The position numbers were made by a program, and so were the translations under genes. A stretch of 64,000 nucleotides of DNA from Gemmatimonadota bacterium (GTDB lineage Bacteria; Gemmatimonadota; Gemmatimonadetes; Palauibacterales; Palauibacteraceae), in NCBI GenBank assembly GCA_963666735.1, contig OY762926.1, positions 1,600,001 to 1,664,000 of the forward strand, read 5' to 3'. Below the pieces are notes generated by a model. That model saw only the letters and a list, made by a program, of their open reading frames with translations, did no database searches and was not told the origin of the DNA. Positions 49,725 to 61,427 of the stretch are shown one piece after another. Numbering within the stretch: the stretch's first letter is position 1; every line of letters starts with the position of its first letter.

Positions 49725-50693
49725 GTGGAGAGACGAAAACTCAGCCATACCGCCCTCGAGGTGTCCCGTGCCTGCATGGGCACGATGACGTTCGGATCGC
49801 AGACCGACATCGATACCGCCGCGGCGATGGTGGATCTCTGTCTTGAGCGCGGCATCGACTTCTTCGACACCGCGAACGTCTACAACCAGGGCCTGTCCGA
49901 GGAGATCCTGGGGGAGGTCCTCGGGGACCGGCGCGGAGAGATCGTCCTCGCGAGCAAAGTCTGCAATCCGATGGGAGATCCGGTCGAATACTCGGGCCTC
50001 TCGCGCGACGCGATCCGCCGCGGCATCGAGGACTCGCTGAGACGGCTCCGGACGGACTATCTCGACATCTATTACCTGCATCTGCCGGACTATGAGACGC
50101 CAATAGAGGAGAGTCTCGCCGCGCTGGAGGAACTCCGGCTGGAGGGGCTCATCCGTTATCCGGCGACCTCCAACTACAGCGCGTGGCAGATGAGCGAGAT
50201 GTTCTCGATCTGCGAGCGCGAGGGGTGGGCCAAGCCGTGGATCGCGCAGCCGATGTACAACCTCGCCGCGCGCGGGATCGAGCAGGAGTACCTCGCCTTC
50301 ACGAAGCGCTACGAGGTCTCGAATGTCGTCTACAATCCGCTCGCGGGCGGGCTGCTGACCGGGAAACAGCGGTCGGCGGCGCCGCTGCCGGGGACGCGCT
50401 TCGACGGCAACCGGATGTACCTGGACCGCTTCTGGCACGACGAGTACTTCCACGCCGTGGCCGAGGTCGGGACAATCGCGCGGGACGCGGGTCTGACGCC
50501 GGTGGAACTCGCCCTGGGCTGGCTGCGCGCGCGGGAGGGGGCGGACTGCATCATCCTCGGGGCGTCGCGAATGGAGCACCTCGAGGAGAACCTCGACGCC
50601 TTCGACGCGCCGCCGCTCGACGCCGAGGCGCTCGCCGCCTGCGACGCCGTGTGGGCGCGGCTTCGGGGGCCGACGCCGGCCTACAACCGCTGA
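49725..50693 (+). CDS. Aldo/keto reductase
   Basis: 'MGTMTFG', 'FFDTANVY', 'SLRRLRTDYLDIYYLH'; GGAGG RBS upstream of GTG. Confidence 0.92.
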   Translation: MERRKLSHTALEVSRACMGTMTFGSQTDIDTAAAMVDLCLERGIDFFDTANVYNQGLSEEILGEVLGDRRGEIVLASKVCNPMGDPVEYSGLSRDAIRRGIEDSLRRLRTDYLDIYYLHLPDYETPIEESLAALEELRLEGLIRYPATSNYSAWQMSEMFSICEREGWAKPWIAQPMYNLAARGIEQEYLAFTKRYEVSNVVYNPLAGGLLTGKQRSAAPLPGTRFDGNRMYLDRFWHDEYFHAVAEVGTIARDAGLTPVELALGWLRAREGADCIILGASRMEHLEENLDAFDAPPLDAEALAACDAVWARLRGPTPAYNR

Positions 50694-50729
50694 GGCTCGA
50701 GCCCGGCGCGAACCACCCTCCGGGCGCCG

Positions 50730-51884
50730 TTACGCGTCCCGGGGCGAGCCCTCCAGGAGACCCTCCAGCGGGCGCTCCTCCGCCCCGTTCTCCGTGCAGA
50801 CGGCGTAGTGCGTCTCCGCGGAGCCGTACATGGCGACGCCGGCCGTCTCCCCCTGTTTGTCGAGGAGGAAGAAGCGGACGTCGAAGTTCGGCAGGCCGCG
50901 CGCGTTGAGGAGCCGCGACTCGACGGTGTTCGACTGGATCCGCTGCAGCGTGGCCACGCCCGCGTCGAGCGGACTCATCCCCTGGCGCATGAACTCGACG
51001 GCGAGGAAGGACGAGAGGTTGTAGAGGTTCGCCTCGCCCCGGCCCGTCGAGCCGACGGCGCCCACGTCGTTGTCCACGTAGAGGCCGGCGCCGAGGATCG
51101 GGGAATCTCCCGTGCGCCCGGGGATCTTCCACGAGAGGCCGCTCGTCGTGGTGACGCCGCAGATGTCGCCTTCCGCGTTCACCGCGTTGCAGTTCGTCGT
51201 CCCCCAGAACGAATGCGCCGGAATCAGGCCATCGTCGACCATCGAGAAGCCGGCTTCGAGCCGCTTGCGGGGATCGAGCCAGTGGCCGGGGTCGATGCGA
51301 CGGCGCCATTCGAGCCACAGGGTGCGCGACGCCTCCGTGTTGAGATCGTCCTCGATCTCGAACCCCAGTTGGCGCGCGAACGCCTGGGCGCCGGCCCCGA
51401 CGAGCAGGTGGTGGTCGGTGAGTTCGGCCACCGCCTTCGCGACGAGAGACGGAGTGCGGACGCCCTCGAGCGCCGCGACGCCCCCGGCCCAGCGCCGGGG
51501 TCCGTGCATGCAGCACGCATCGAGCTGGACGACGCCGTCCGCGTTGGGGAGTCCGCCGTAGCCGATCCCCATCTCCGCCGGGTCGTTCTCGGGGATGTTC
51601 ACGCCCGCCGTGAGGGCGTCGAGCACATCCTCTCCTTCGACGATGCCGCGGAAGGCGCGCTCCACGGAACTCTCGGGTCCGCCGTTGTTGAAGCGGATCC
51701 CGCTGAGGTCGGAGACGACGATGGGCCGGGCCGCCCGCGAACCATGGACGGCGGGGGCTTCGACGCGGGCGGAGGCCCGGGGAGGGCGGCGCTCGGCCGC
51801 CAGGGTGGCGGGCGCGGCGGCCGCGGCCAAGCCGGCGGCGGAGGTCCGAACGAAGTTTCTCCGATCCATGCTCATGTTCTCCAT
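50730..51884 (-). CDS. Tat-exported Ntn hydrolase: N4-(beta-N-acetylglucosaminyl)-L-asparaginase / type 2 asparaginase family
   Basis: 'MDRRNFV'; 'GYGGLPN...LDA', 'GTTNC', 'TTSGLSWKIPGRTGDSPILGAG', 'STGRGE'. Confidence 0.9.
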   Translation of the reverse strand: MENMSMDRRNFVRTSAAGLAAAAAPATLAAERRPPRASARVEAPAVHGSRAARPIVVSDLSGIRFNNGGPESSVERAFRGIVEGEDVLDALTAGVNIPENDPAEMGIGYGGLPNADGVVQLDACCMHGPRRWAGGVAALEGVRTPSLVAKAVAELTDHHLLVGAGAQAFARQLGFEIEDDLNTEASRTLWLEWRRRIDPGHWLDPRKRLEAGFSMVDDGLIPAHSFWGTTNCNAVNAEGDICGVTTTSGLSWKIPGRTGDSPILGAGLYVDNDVGAVGSTGRGEANLYNLSSFLAVEFMRQGMSPLDAGVATLQRIQSNTVESRLLNARGLPNFDVRFFLLDKQGETAGVAMYGSAETHYAVCTENGAEERPLEGLLEGSPRDA

Positions 51885-51939
51885 CCTCGCTTACGGGGGT
51901 GCTCGAACCCACAACATACCATCCGGGACGCGGCGCGTT

Positions 51940-51957
51940 ACGTTCCCGCGGGAACGT
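51940..51957. repeat. Palindrome ACGTTCCCGCGGGAACGT (copy 4)
   Basis: Intergenic, between divergent genes. Confidence 0.9.
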
Positions 51958-51998
51958 CGGGAGAGCCACCATCGAACAGCCAATGGACGGGAGCGAAG

Positions 51999-52820
51999 AT
52001 GAGCATTCGGGTCTGCGTGGGAGGGGCGACGGGGTGGACGGGCGAGAGCGTCGTGGCCGCCATCCTCGAGTCGGACGAGTTCGAACTGACGGGCGCGGTG
52101 GCGCGGCGGGTGGCGGGACAGACGGTTGGCGGCGCGCGGGGGGAAGCGGACGGTTCCGGCGTCCGGATCGCGACCGACGTGGCGGAGGCGCTCGGCGAAC
52201 CGGCCGACGTCTACATCGACTACACACACCCGAGCGCCGTGTACGCGAACATCATGTGCGCGATCGAGGCCGGCGTGGCGGCCGTCGTCGGGACCTCGGG
52301 CCTCACGGGACGGGAATACGGGGAGATCGACGAAGCTTCACGCGAACAGGGCGTCGGCGTGATCGCCGCCGGCAATTTCTCGGTCACGGCGGCACTGTTG
52401 AAGCACTTTTCCGGGATCGCCGCGCGCCACGTGCCGCACTGGGAGATCGTCGACATGGCGTCGGCCGGGAAGCCGGATGCGCCCAGCGGCACCGCGCAGG
52501 AACTGGCCGAGTTCCTCGGGACGGCCGCGACCAACGAATACGCCCGCCCCGTCGCCGACACGCTGGGCTCGCGCGAGACGCGCGGAGCGACGATCGGGGG
52601 TGCGCAGGTCCACTCCCTGCGGCTTCCGAGCTACGTCATCTCCGTGGAATCGATCTTCGGCCTCCCCGGAGAACGGCTCTCGATCCGGCACGACGCGGGG
52701 TCGAGCGCGGAACCCTACGTGGGCGGAACCCTGCTCGCGGCGCGGCTGGCCCCGGAGCGCGTGGGACTCACACAGGGACTCGACCGCCTGCTGTTCGACC
52801 CGCAACCCTCGGGCGGCTGA
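51999..52820 (+). CDS. dapB: 4-hydroxy-tetrahydrodipicolinate reductase (DapB family, variant active-site loop)
   Basis: 'GATGWTG', 'IDYTHP', 'VVGTSG', 'AGNFS', 'KPDAPSGTA', 'IRHDA'. Confidence 0.8.
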   Translation: MSIRVCVGGATGWTGESVVAAILESDEFELTGAVARRVAGQTVGGARGEADGSGVRIATDVAEALGEPADVYIDYTHPSAVYANIMCAIEAGVAAVVGTSGLTGREYGEIDEASREQGVGVIAAGNFSVTAALLKHFSGIAARHVPHWEIVDMASAGKPDAPSGTAQELAEFLGTAATNEYARPVADTLGSRETRGATIGGAQVHSLRLPSYVISVESIFGLPGERLSIRHDAGSSAEPYVGGTLLAARLAPERVGLTQGLDRLLFDPQPSGG

Positions 52821-52840
52821 GGAGCGAAAACGGTCCCGGG

Positions 52841-52858
52841 ACGTTCCCGCGGGAACGT
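52841..52858. repeat. Palindrome ACGTTCCCGCGGGAACGT (copy 5)
   Basis: Intergenic, between convergent genes. Confidence 0.9.
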
Positions 52859-52859
52859 C

Positions 52860-53915
52860 TCAGCCTCCGGGCCGGTTGGCGACGATCGCGATCCGGGAGC
52901 CTTCGGGGCTCACGGCGAGCCGGGTGATGCCGCCGACGCCCAGGCCGGAGAAGTCGGCGATCTCGGTCCAGTCGGAGCCCCCCGACCAGATGAACAGGCG
53001 CCCGCCGTCCCCCATGATGATCTCGCCCGCGGGCGTCCAGGCGTAGTCCTCGCGACCCGGGAGCGTCAGCGTGATCCGCTCCGTGGTTCCCGCGGCCGGA
53101 TCGAGACGCTCGATCCACCACTCCTCGTCGGACACCTTCCGAACGAAGGAGATCTCCTCCGTCCCCGGAATTCGGTGGATGGACCGCCCCGGGCGCTCGG
53201 CCACGACCCGGATCTCGCCTGTCAGCGCATCCCCGACCTGAAGCGTGGCGGGATCCCCGAGGATGAACATCGCCACGACGTGTTCGTTGGCCCACGCGTG
53301 ATACCCCACCGGCTCGGCCGTGGCGAAGATCGGCCCGAGCGATTCGCCCGAGAGGTCGTAGCGCCACAAGTACTGCTTCCCCCGGATCTCGTGAATCGCG
53401 GAGAAGGCGTCCTGCCCCGGAATCTGGAGCGCCGAGAACTCGCTCGCCTCCGCCGTGCGCGTCAGGCGCTCCGAGACGCCAGGCTCCGCTTCGGAGGCCG
53501 CCCCGGGGGCCGCGAGTCGCATGATCTCGGTCTGCGTCCGGTCCAGCGCCGCCGTGTGGAGGATGGCCGAGCCGTCGAGGAGGAAGCTGGGCTGGTTGTC
53601 GTAGCCGTCACGGTCGGTGGCGCGCCCCAGGGCGGAGACGGAGAGCGCGCCGCCCTCGCGCACGAGTTCGGCCATCCAGATGTCCGTGGACGGGGCCCCC
53701 GAAGCCGTGGGCGCGTAGCCCTCGGGCGCCGGGCCGATCTCGGGCATCGGCCCGTCCGGCGGCTCCGCCGGGAAGGCAACCGCCGCCATCGGCTCGCCGC
53801 CCTCCGGTGCCTCATCGTTCCCTTGCGCGCAGCCCGCCAGGGCCACGGCCGTGAACCCGCCGAGCGCCAAAGCTGCCGCCGCAGGCGCAACCCGCCGGAA
53901 TCTCCGCTGTGTCAT
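52860..53915 (-). CDS. TolB-like beta-propeller lipoprotein
   Basis: Lipobox LAG-C; 'GYDNQPSF', 'PVGYHAW', 'ITRLAVSPEGSRIAIV'. Confidence 0.75.
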   Translation of the reverse strand: MTQRRFRRVAPAAAALALGGFTAVALAGCAQGNDEAPEGGEPMAAVAFPAEPPDGPMPEIGPAPEGYAPTASGAPSTDIWMAELVREGGALSVSALGRATDRDGYDNQPSFLLDGSAILHTAALDRTQTEIMRLAAPGAASEAEPGVSERLTRTAEASEFSALQIPGQDAFSAIHEIRGKQYLWRYDLSGESLGPIFATAEPVGYHAWANEHVVAMFILGDPATLQVGDALTGEIRVVAERPGRSIHRIPGTEEISFVRKVSDEEWWIERLDPAAGTTERITLTLPGREDYAWTPAGEIIMGDGGRLFIWSGGSDWTEIADFSGLGVGGITRLAVSPEGSRIAIVANRPGG

Positions 53916-54009
53916 TCGTCCCGCCCTTCGGCTGCCGTCATTCTCGTGAACGGTCTCTCGCACACTGTGTCCGAAGGGAGCCGTGCGGAAGAGCTACCCG
54001 TGTACACGC

Positions 54010-54027
54010 ACGTTCCCGCGGGAACGT
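54010..54027. repeat. Palindrome ACGTTCCCGCGGGAACGT (copy 6)
   Basis: Intergenic, between co-oriented genes. Confidence 0.9.
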
Positions 54028-54040
54028 CCGGCGGCGCCGG

Positions 54041-56119
<2,079 letters not shown>

Positions 56120-56193
56120 GGTTCCCTTCCCGCACAGGTCGTCTCGCAGATGATCGCCGCTGGAGGCGGAACCCCCGCGGCCTCGGCACGGTC

Positions 56194-57735
56194 TCACCGG
56201 CGGCGAAGCTCCGCCCAGTGCGTAAGCGCGTTGCCGAGGCGCACGTTCGGGAGCGTGATGGCCGTGACCGAGCCGTTCAGGATGTCGTCTCGGAGCTTGA
56301 GTTCCAGCGAGAGCACGTAGTCGGTGCGGTTCGCGTCCTCCGTGCCGATGTCGCCCTTGAAGCCGCCCCTCAGGTATTCGCCGTCGAAGCGGGCGTTGTT
56401 GAGCAGCGTCCACAGTTGATCGCCCAACCGGACGTGGACGCGGCCGCCATCGTCGATCGCGAGCGCCAGCCGGCGCGGTCCGAGATGGGTGTCCACTTCG
56501 CCGGCCCAGTCCCCGGCGAGGTCCGGCATGGGCGTGAACTCGATCAGCGGCGCGGCGGCGTCCCCGGCCTCCTCGATGATCCCCTCGCGTTCGAGGCCGT
56601 ACGGATCGGGAGCCTCCGGCCGCACCGGCTTCGGCAAGGCGTCCGGGAAGAGCGTATGCCAGATGAGGTTCGAAATGTAGCCGGTCAGCGGCGTCGCCGA
56701 GTTCGAGAGAACGACGACCGCCGCGTTCTCCTCCGGAGCGATCGCGAGTTCCGTGCGGACGCCACCCATCCCGCCGCCGTGGCGCTGCAGCCGCAGACCC
56801 CCCGGGAGGGTTCGCAGCGCCCAGCCGAGTCCGTACTCGCTGCCGGGCGCACTCTCCCGGATCGGCTGCCGCATTTCCCCGACCGCCGCGCCGGAGATGA
56901 TCTTGCGTTGGTGGTCGAGGTCGCGGCCGAGGTGGAACATGCCGAAGCGGACGAGATCGTGGGCGCTGCTGAACACGGCGGACCCGCCCGGATGGTCGAA
57001 GTCGTAGAACGGGATCGGACTCTGGTCCGTCGCGTATCGCGTCGCCGTGAAATCCTCGAGTCCCGGGCCGATGCCGGCCGACGTCCGGGTGAGGCCGAGC
57101 GGCTGAAACACCTCGTCCCGCATGAAGTCGGGGTACGACTGTCCCGAGACGCGCTCGATGATGTAGTCGAGGATCCCGTAGCCGAGATTCGAGTAGTTCC
57201 AGCGTTCGTCCGGCGCCGTGACGAGGTTCGCGTAGTGGCGGATCGTCTCGTCCATATGGGGGCGCCGGTACGATTCGTCCTCGTAGAAGAACTGGTAGTG
57301 GAGGGGGAGTCCCGCCGTGTGGCTGGCCACGCGCCGCACCGTGGCGCGCGCCGCGTCCCAGGCGCGCCCGTCGATCTTGGCGGGGCCGAGGTAGTCGTTC
57401 GCCGGCGCGTCGAGGTCGACGAGGCCCCGTTCCACGAGGACCATGAGGCCGGTCGCCGTGATCGGCTTCGAGATCGAGGCGAGCGAGTACATCGTGTGTT
57501 CGGTGGCGGGGATCCGCCGCTCGCGGTCCGCCCACCCGAACCCCTCCTCCCACACGACCTCCCCGCCCACGGCGACGGCAACGGCCATCGAGGGCTGGTC
57601 CCAAGCCACGAGCGCGCTCCGGATCTCGTCCCGCACGAACGAGAAGTCGGGGACGGGCTGGCCCTGCAGCTCGGCCGCGCTCAAACCGAGGACGCCGACC
57701 AACAGCGCGGGGGCGCATCGGACGACTCGCCTCAT
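56194..57735 (-). CDS. Serine hydrolase, beta-lactamase-related family
   Basis: SxxK 'ASISK', YxN 'YSN', 'HGGG'; signal peptide. Confidence 0.92.
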   Translation of the reverse strand: MRRVVRCAPALLVGVLGLSAAELQGQPVPDFSFVRDEIRSALVAWDQPSMAVAVAVGGEVVWEEGFGWADRERRIPATEHTMYSLASISKPITATGLMVLVERGLVDLDAPANDYLGPAKIDGRAWDAARATVRRVASHTAGLPLHYQFFYEDESYRRPHMDETIRHYANLVTAPDERWNYSNLGYGILDYIIERVSGQSYPDFMRDEVFQPLGLTRTSAGIGPGLEDFTATRYATDQSPIPFYDFDHPGGSAVFSSAHDLVRFGMFHLGRDLDHQRKIISGAAVGEMRQPIRESAPGSEYGLGWALRTLPGGLRLQRHGGGMGGVRTELAIAPEENAAVVVLSNSATPLTGYISNLIWHTLFPDALPKPVRPEAPDPYGLEREGIIEEAGDAAAPLIEFTPMPDLAGDWAGEVDTHLGPRRLALAIDDGGRVHVRLGDQLWTLLNNARFDGEYLRGGFKGDIGTEDANRTDYVLSLELKLRDDILNGSVTAITLPNVRLGNALTHWAELRRR

Positions 57736-57886
57736 GTTCGTCTCCTTGCAAAGTGACCGGCGCCGGGCTACGCCTTTCGCGGGTGGCACAAAGCACGCCC
57801 GCGCGTCAATGGAGCAGCGCGGGGGCCGACGCATTGACCGCCGCACGAATCCGTTGCCGGGGTGCTCCCGGGTCGATTGAGGCGGG

Positions 57887-59476
57887 TCACATGCCCCAGA
57901 CGGTGACCGGCGCGCCGCCCTCGGTTTCCCTCCGGCTGTATATTTTCCGGTCCCACGACTTACCCTCGTCGCGGTCGAAGATGACGAGGTGGCCCTCCGG
58001 CGCGGTGCAGCGATCCATGTAGGCGCGCGTCTGCTCAAGGCCCTTGCGCAGTGTGCGCTCCGGGCCTCGGCGGAGGACCTTGCACTCGATGACGATCTTC
58101 TGCGCCGGGCGCCGCGGGGCTCCGGCGAGCGGCCACACGATCAGCAGGTCCGTTCGGCCCCGGCCCAGCCCGTACTCGCGCTCGATGCGGCCTCCGCTGT
58201 TCACGATCCGCTGCAAGAACGCCTGCAGCAGGAGTTGCGGCCCGGCCTCCTTGTACTGGAAGCGCTCCACCCAATGCTCGGAGTGCTGCCGGAAGAAGTC
58301 CTGGAAGGCGGCCAACAGGTCGCCGGTGCGCAGGGCACCGCCTTCGCCCACATACCAGGCTGCATCGTGCGCGAAACCCGCCTGTGTCGTGTGCGTCAGG
58401 TCGCGGGGGATCACCTCTCGGTAGATCGGGTTGGCGATCGCGATGGGGTTCTCCCGCGCCACCAGGCCAAGATCGCGCGCGTAGTCGAGATCATCCACCG
58501 GGATCGGGTCGATGGCGGCGCTTCCGCTCAGCAGCGGCTCGATCACGCGGCGCACCCGCTCTTCCCGGAGCTTGTCGGTAAGCTGTTCGAGATGCGTCTC
58601 CCGGCGCAGGATGAGGCGCTCGCGGGCGGCGCGGATGGCGGTGGCTCGAATCGGCCGTTCGCGATCGCGGCCGGCCTCGTCGCGGAAACAGGCCTCGTAG
58701 GCCAGCGCGTTCACCAGCCACGGTTGTCCTCGCGTGAACTCCCGGACCGCGGCGTTTGCGCCGTCCGTGAACGGCTGGCCGGTGTCCTGGCAGTGCTGGG
58801 CCAGCAGCGACTCGACCTCGGACGGGGAGAAATCCCCGAGCCGCAGGGACTCTGCGCGGATGTTGAATGCGCTTCCGCCCGCGATGACCTCGCGTCCCGA
58901 ATGCGAGTGCATTCGGTAGTCCCGTACATCGCGGACGCCGCACAGGATCACGCTCTGCGGAAACCGGCGCGGCCGCTCCGGATAGCCGGCCCGGAGCTGG
59001 CGCAGCACGGACACCAGCGAATCTCCCACCAGCGCGTCGATTTCGTCGATCAACAGCACGAGTGGCAGCGCGTCGGACTCGGCCCAGCGGGTCAGCACCT
59101 CGCCGAGCGCGTCGTGCGGACCCGCTTCCTCGAGAGCGTCCCGCCAGATGCCGGCGACGAACCCGTCGCCAAGCGAGTGGCGCGCACCGCGGGCCAGCGC
59201 GCTGAGAATCGCCTGCATGGCCGCCCCCACGTCTTCTCGCGACGACTGCCCGACCTCGACGTTCACGTACGCGCAGCGGAACTCGCCGCAGTCGTTCAGT
59301 TCCCGGCGGAGTGCGAGCAGCGCGGAGGTCTTCCCGGTTTGCCGCGGCGCGTGGAGCACGAAGTACTTCTCCTGGCGGAGTAGCCTCAACAGCTCGTCGA
59401 CATCCAGTCGCGAGAGCGGCGGGACGTGGTAGTGCTTCGCGGGCTTCACGGGGCCGGCGGTGTTGAAGTAGCGCAT
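57887..59476 (-). CDS. AAA-type ATPase fused to C-terminal PD-(D/E)xK nuclease-like domain
   Basis: 'HAPRQTGKTS', 'LLIDEID', 'GQPWLVN'; C-terminal 'REYGLGRGRTDLLI...IECK...GLEQTRAY'. Confidence 0.88.
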   Translation of the reverse strand: MRYFNTAGPVKPAKHYHVPPLSRLDVDELLRLLRQEKYFVLHAPRQTGKTSALLALRRELNDCGEFRCAYVNVEVGQSSREDVGAAMQAILSALARGARHSLGDGFVAGIWRDALEEAGPHDALGEVLTRWAESDALPLVLLIDEIDALVGDSLVSVLRQLRAGYPERPRRFPQSVILCGVRDVRDYRMHSHSGREVIAGGSAFNIRAESLRLGDFSPSEVESLLAQHCQDTGQPFTDGANAAVREFTRGQPWLVNALAYEACFRDEAGRDRERPIRATAIRAARERLILRRETHLEQLTDKLREERVRRVIEPLLSGSAAIDPIPVDDLDYARDLGLVARENPIAIANPIYREVIPRDLTHTTQAGFAHDAAWYVGEGGALRTGDLLAAFQDFFRQHSEHWVERFQYKEAGPQLLLQAFLQRIVNSGGRIEREYGLGRGRTDLLIVWPLAGAPRRPAQKIVIECKVLRRGPERTLRKGLEQTRAYMDRCTAPEGHLVIFDRDEGKSWDRKIYSRRETEGGAPVTVWGM

Positions 59477-59737
59477 GTGCCCCGTCATCTCACCTCGGGT
59501 CTTCGCACGGGCCTCCGCGCAGTTCGCTGCAAGGTGCAAGATCCTTCTTGCACGGCGTCACTCCCGACAATGTACGGTGAAGGCACGTTCCGGCGAGCAT
59601 CAACGGAGCCGAGGGCAGGGCGGACTCATTGACCGTCGGCCGAGGCCGCTTCCATGATGCGTCGATCGATCTGACGGGTCGACTCGGGGTCGAGGTCATT
59701 CCCCGAGCCCGGCAGGCGGGGAAACAGGATGGGAGCC

Positions 59738-61414
59738 ATGACTGAAATGGACCGCCGAACATTCGTCAGCACGGGCGTCGCGGCCGGGGCCCTGCTCTCC
59801 CTCGGAGCGTGCGCCCCCCGCAGCGATGATTCCCGCTCGGGATCCCGAGGATCGGGAGACACCAGGTCCACCGGTGACCTGCCGGACTTCGCGCTCGACG
59901 AGATCACGATCGACGAGGTCCATGCGGGGATGCGGTCGGGCGAGTACACCTGCCGGTCGATCGCGGAGATGTACCTGGAGCGGATCGAAGCGCTGAACCG
60001 GCAGGGGCCGCGGCTGTTCGCGGTGCTCGAGACAAATCCGGACGCACTCGAAGTCGCCGACGAACTCGACCGCGAGTTCCAGGCCTCGGGGCCCCGAGGG
60101 CCGCTGCACGGGATCCCGCTGCTGTTGAAGGACAACGTCGATACGGCGGACGGGATGACGACGACGGCCGGGTCGACGGCGCTCCTCGGGTCGATCCCGC
60201 CGCAGGACGCCTTCGTGGCGGCGGGACTGCGCGCCGCAGGGGCGCTCCTGCTCGGCAAGGCGAACATGAGCGAGTGGGCGGGCTGGAAGTCGTTCGAGTT
60301 CGGGGCGTCGGGCTGGAGCGGCCGCGGGTGGGACGGCGGCCGGGGCGGCTTCTGCAAGAACCCGTACGCGCTTGATCGCACGCCGGGCGGGTCGAGTTCC
60401 GGTTCCGGGTCGGCGGCCGCGGCCAACCTCGCGGTCGCGGCGATCGGCTCGGAGACCGACGGCTCGATCGTCGGCCCGTCGTCGCGGAACTGCCTCGTCG
60501 GCATCAAGCCCACGATCGGCCTCCACAGCCGGGGCGGGGTCATCCCCATCGCCCACAGCCAGGACAGCACCGGCCCCATGGCCCGCACCGTGCGCGACGC
60601 CGCGATCATGCTCGGCACCATGGTCGGCGTCGACGCCCGCGACCCGCTGACCGCCGCGAGCGCGGGCAACTTCCTGACCGACTACACCGGCGCGCTGGAC
60701 CCGGGCGGACTCAGCGGCGCCCGCGTCGGCGTCCTGCGCGAGTACGCCGGCTTCGACCGCCGCGTGGACGCCCTGTTCGAGGAGGCGCTCGACGCGATGC
60801 GGGCGGAGGGCGCGACCGTCGTCGACCCCGTGACGCTTCCCGAGGAACTCCGGTTCGGCAACGAGTACGAGATGGAGGTGCTGTACCACGAGTTCAAGCA
60901 CGATCTGAACGCCTATCTCGCCTCGCTCGGACCGGACGCGCCGATAAAGTCGCTGGCCGAACTCATCGAGTACAACGAGGCGAATCACGACCTCGAACTC
61001 GCCCTCTACGGTCAGGAGCTGCACGTGCGTTCCCAGGAGCGCGGCCCGCTCACCGACCAGCGCTACCTCGACGCGCTCGCGACGAGCCACCGGCTCTCGC
61101 GCGATGAGGGGATCGACCGGGCCATGGACGAACACCGGCTGGATGCGCTCGCCGGGATCACGGCGGGGATTCCCGCCATGCAGGATCCGCTCGATGCCTC
61201 GGGCGGAGGCGGAGGCGGCTGCTCCACGCCGCCGGCCATGGCGGCCTACCCCAACATGTCGGTGCCGATGGGGTTCATCGGGGGACTCCCTGTCGGGATG
61301 TCGCTCTGCGGCCGCGCCTGGAGCGAAGCGACCCTCATCCGTCTCGCGTACGCCTTCGAGCAGGCCACAAACGTCCGCCGGCCGCCGACGTTCCAGGCGA
61401 CCGTGCAGGTCTGA
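59738..61414 (+). CDS. Tat-exported amidase-signature family lipoprotein
   Basis: 'MDRRTFV...LGAC'; 'LLKDNV', 'GGSSSGS', 'GSETDGSI'. Confidence 0.92.
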   Translation: MTEMDRRTFVSTGVAAGALLSLGACAPRSDDSRSGSRGSGDTRSTGDLPDFALDEITIDEVHAGMRSGEYTCRSIAEMYLERIEALNRQGPRLFAVLETNPDALEVADELDREFQASGPRGPLHGIPLLLKDNVDTADGMTTTAGSTALLGSIPPQDAFVAAGLRAAGALLLGKANMSEWAGWKSFEFGASGWSGRGWDGGRGGFCKNPYALDRTPGGSSSGSGSAAAANLAVAAIGSETDGSIVGPSSRNCLVGIKPTIGLHSRGGVIPIAHSQDSTGPMARTVRDAAIMLGTMVGVDARDPLTAASAGNFLTDYTGALDPGGLSGARVGVLREYAGFDRRVDALFEEALDAMRAEGATVVDPVTLPEELRFGNEYEMEVLYHEFKHDLNAYLASLGPDAPIKSLAELIEYNEANHDLELALYGQELHVRSQERGPLTDQRYLDALATSHRLSRDEGIDRAMDEHRLDALAGITAGIPAMQDPLDASGGGGGGCSTPPAMAAYPNMSVPMGFIGGLPVGMSLCGRAWSEATLIRLAYAFEQATNVRRPPTFQATVQV

Positions 61415-61427
61415 GCGCGTCCGGGAC

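Noticed and set aside
50808..51998. N-terminal extension of DapB
   Set aside because: Antisense to the asparaginase gene; ATG 51999 has an RBS
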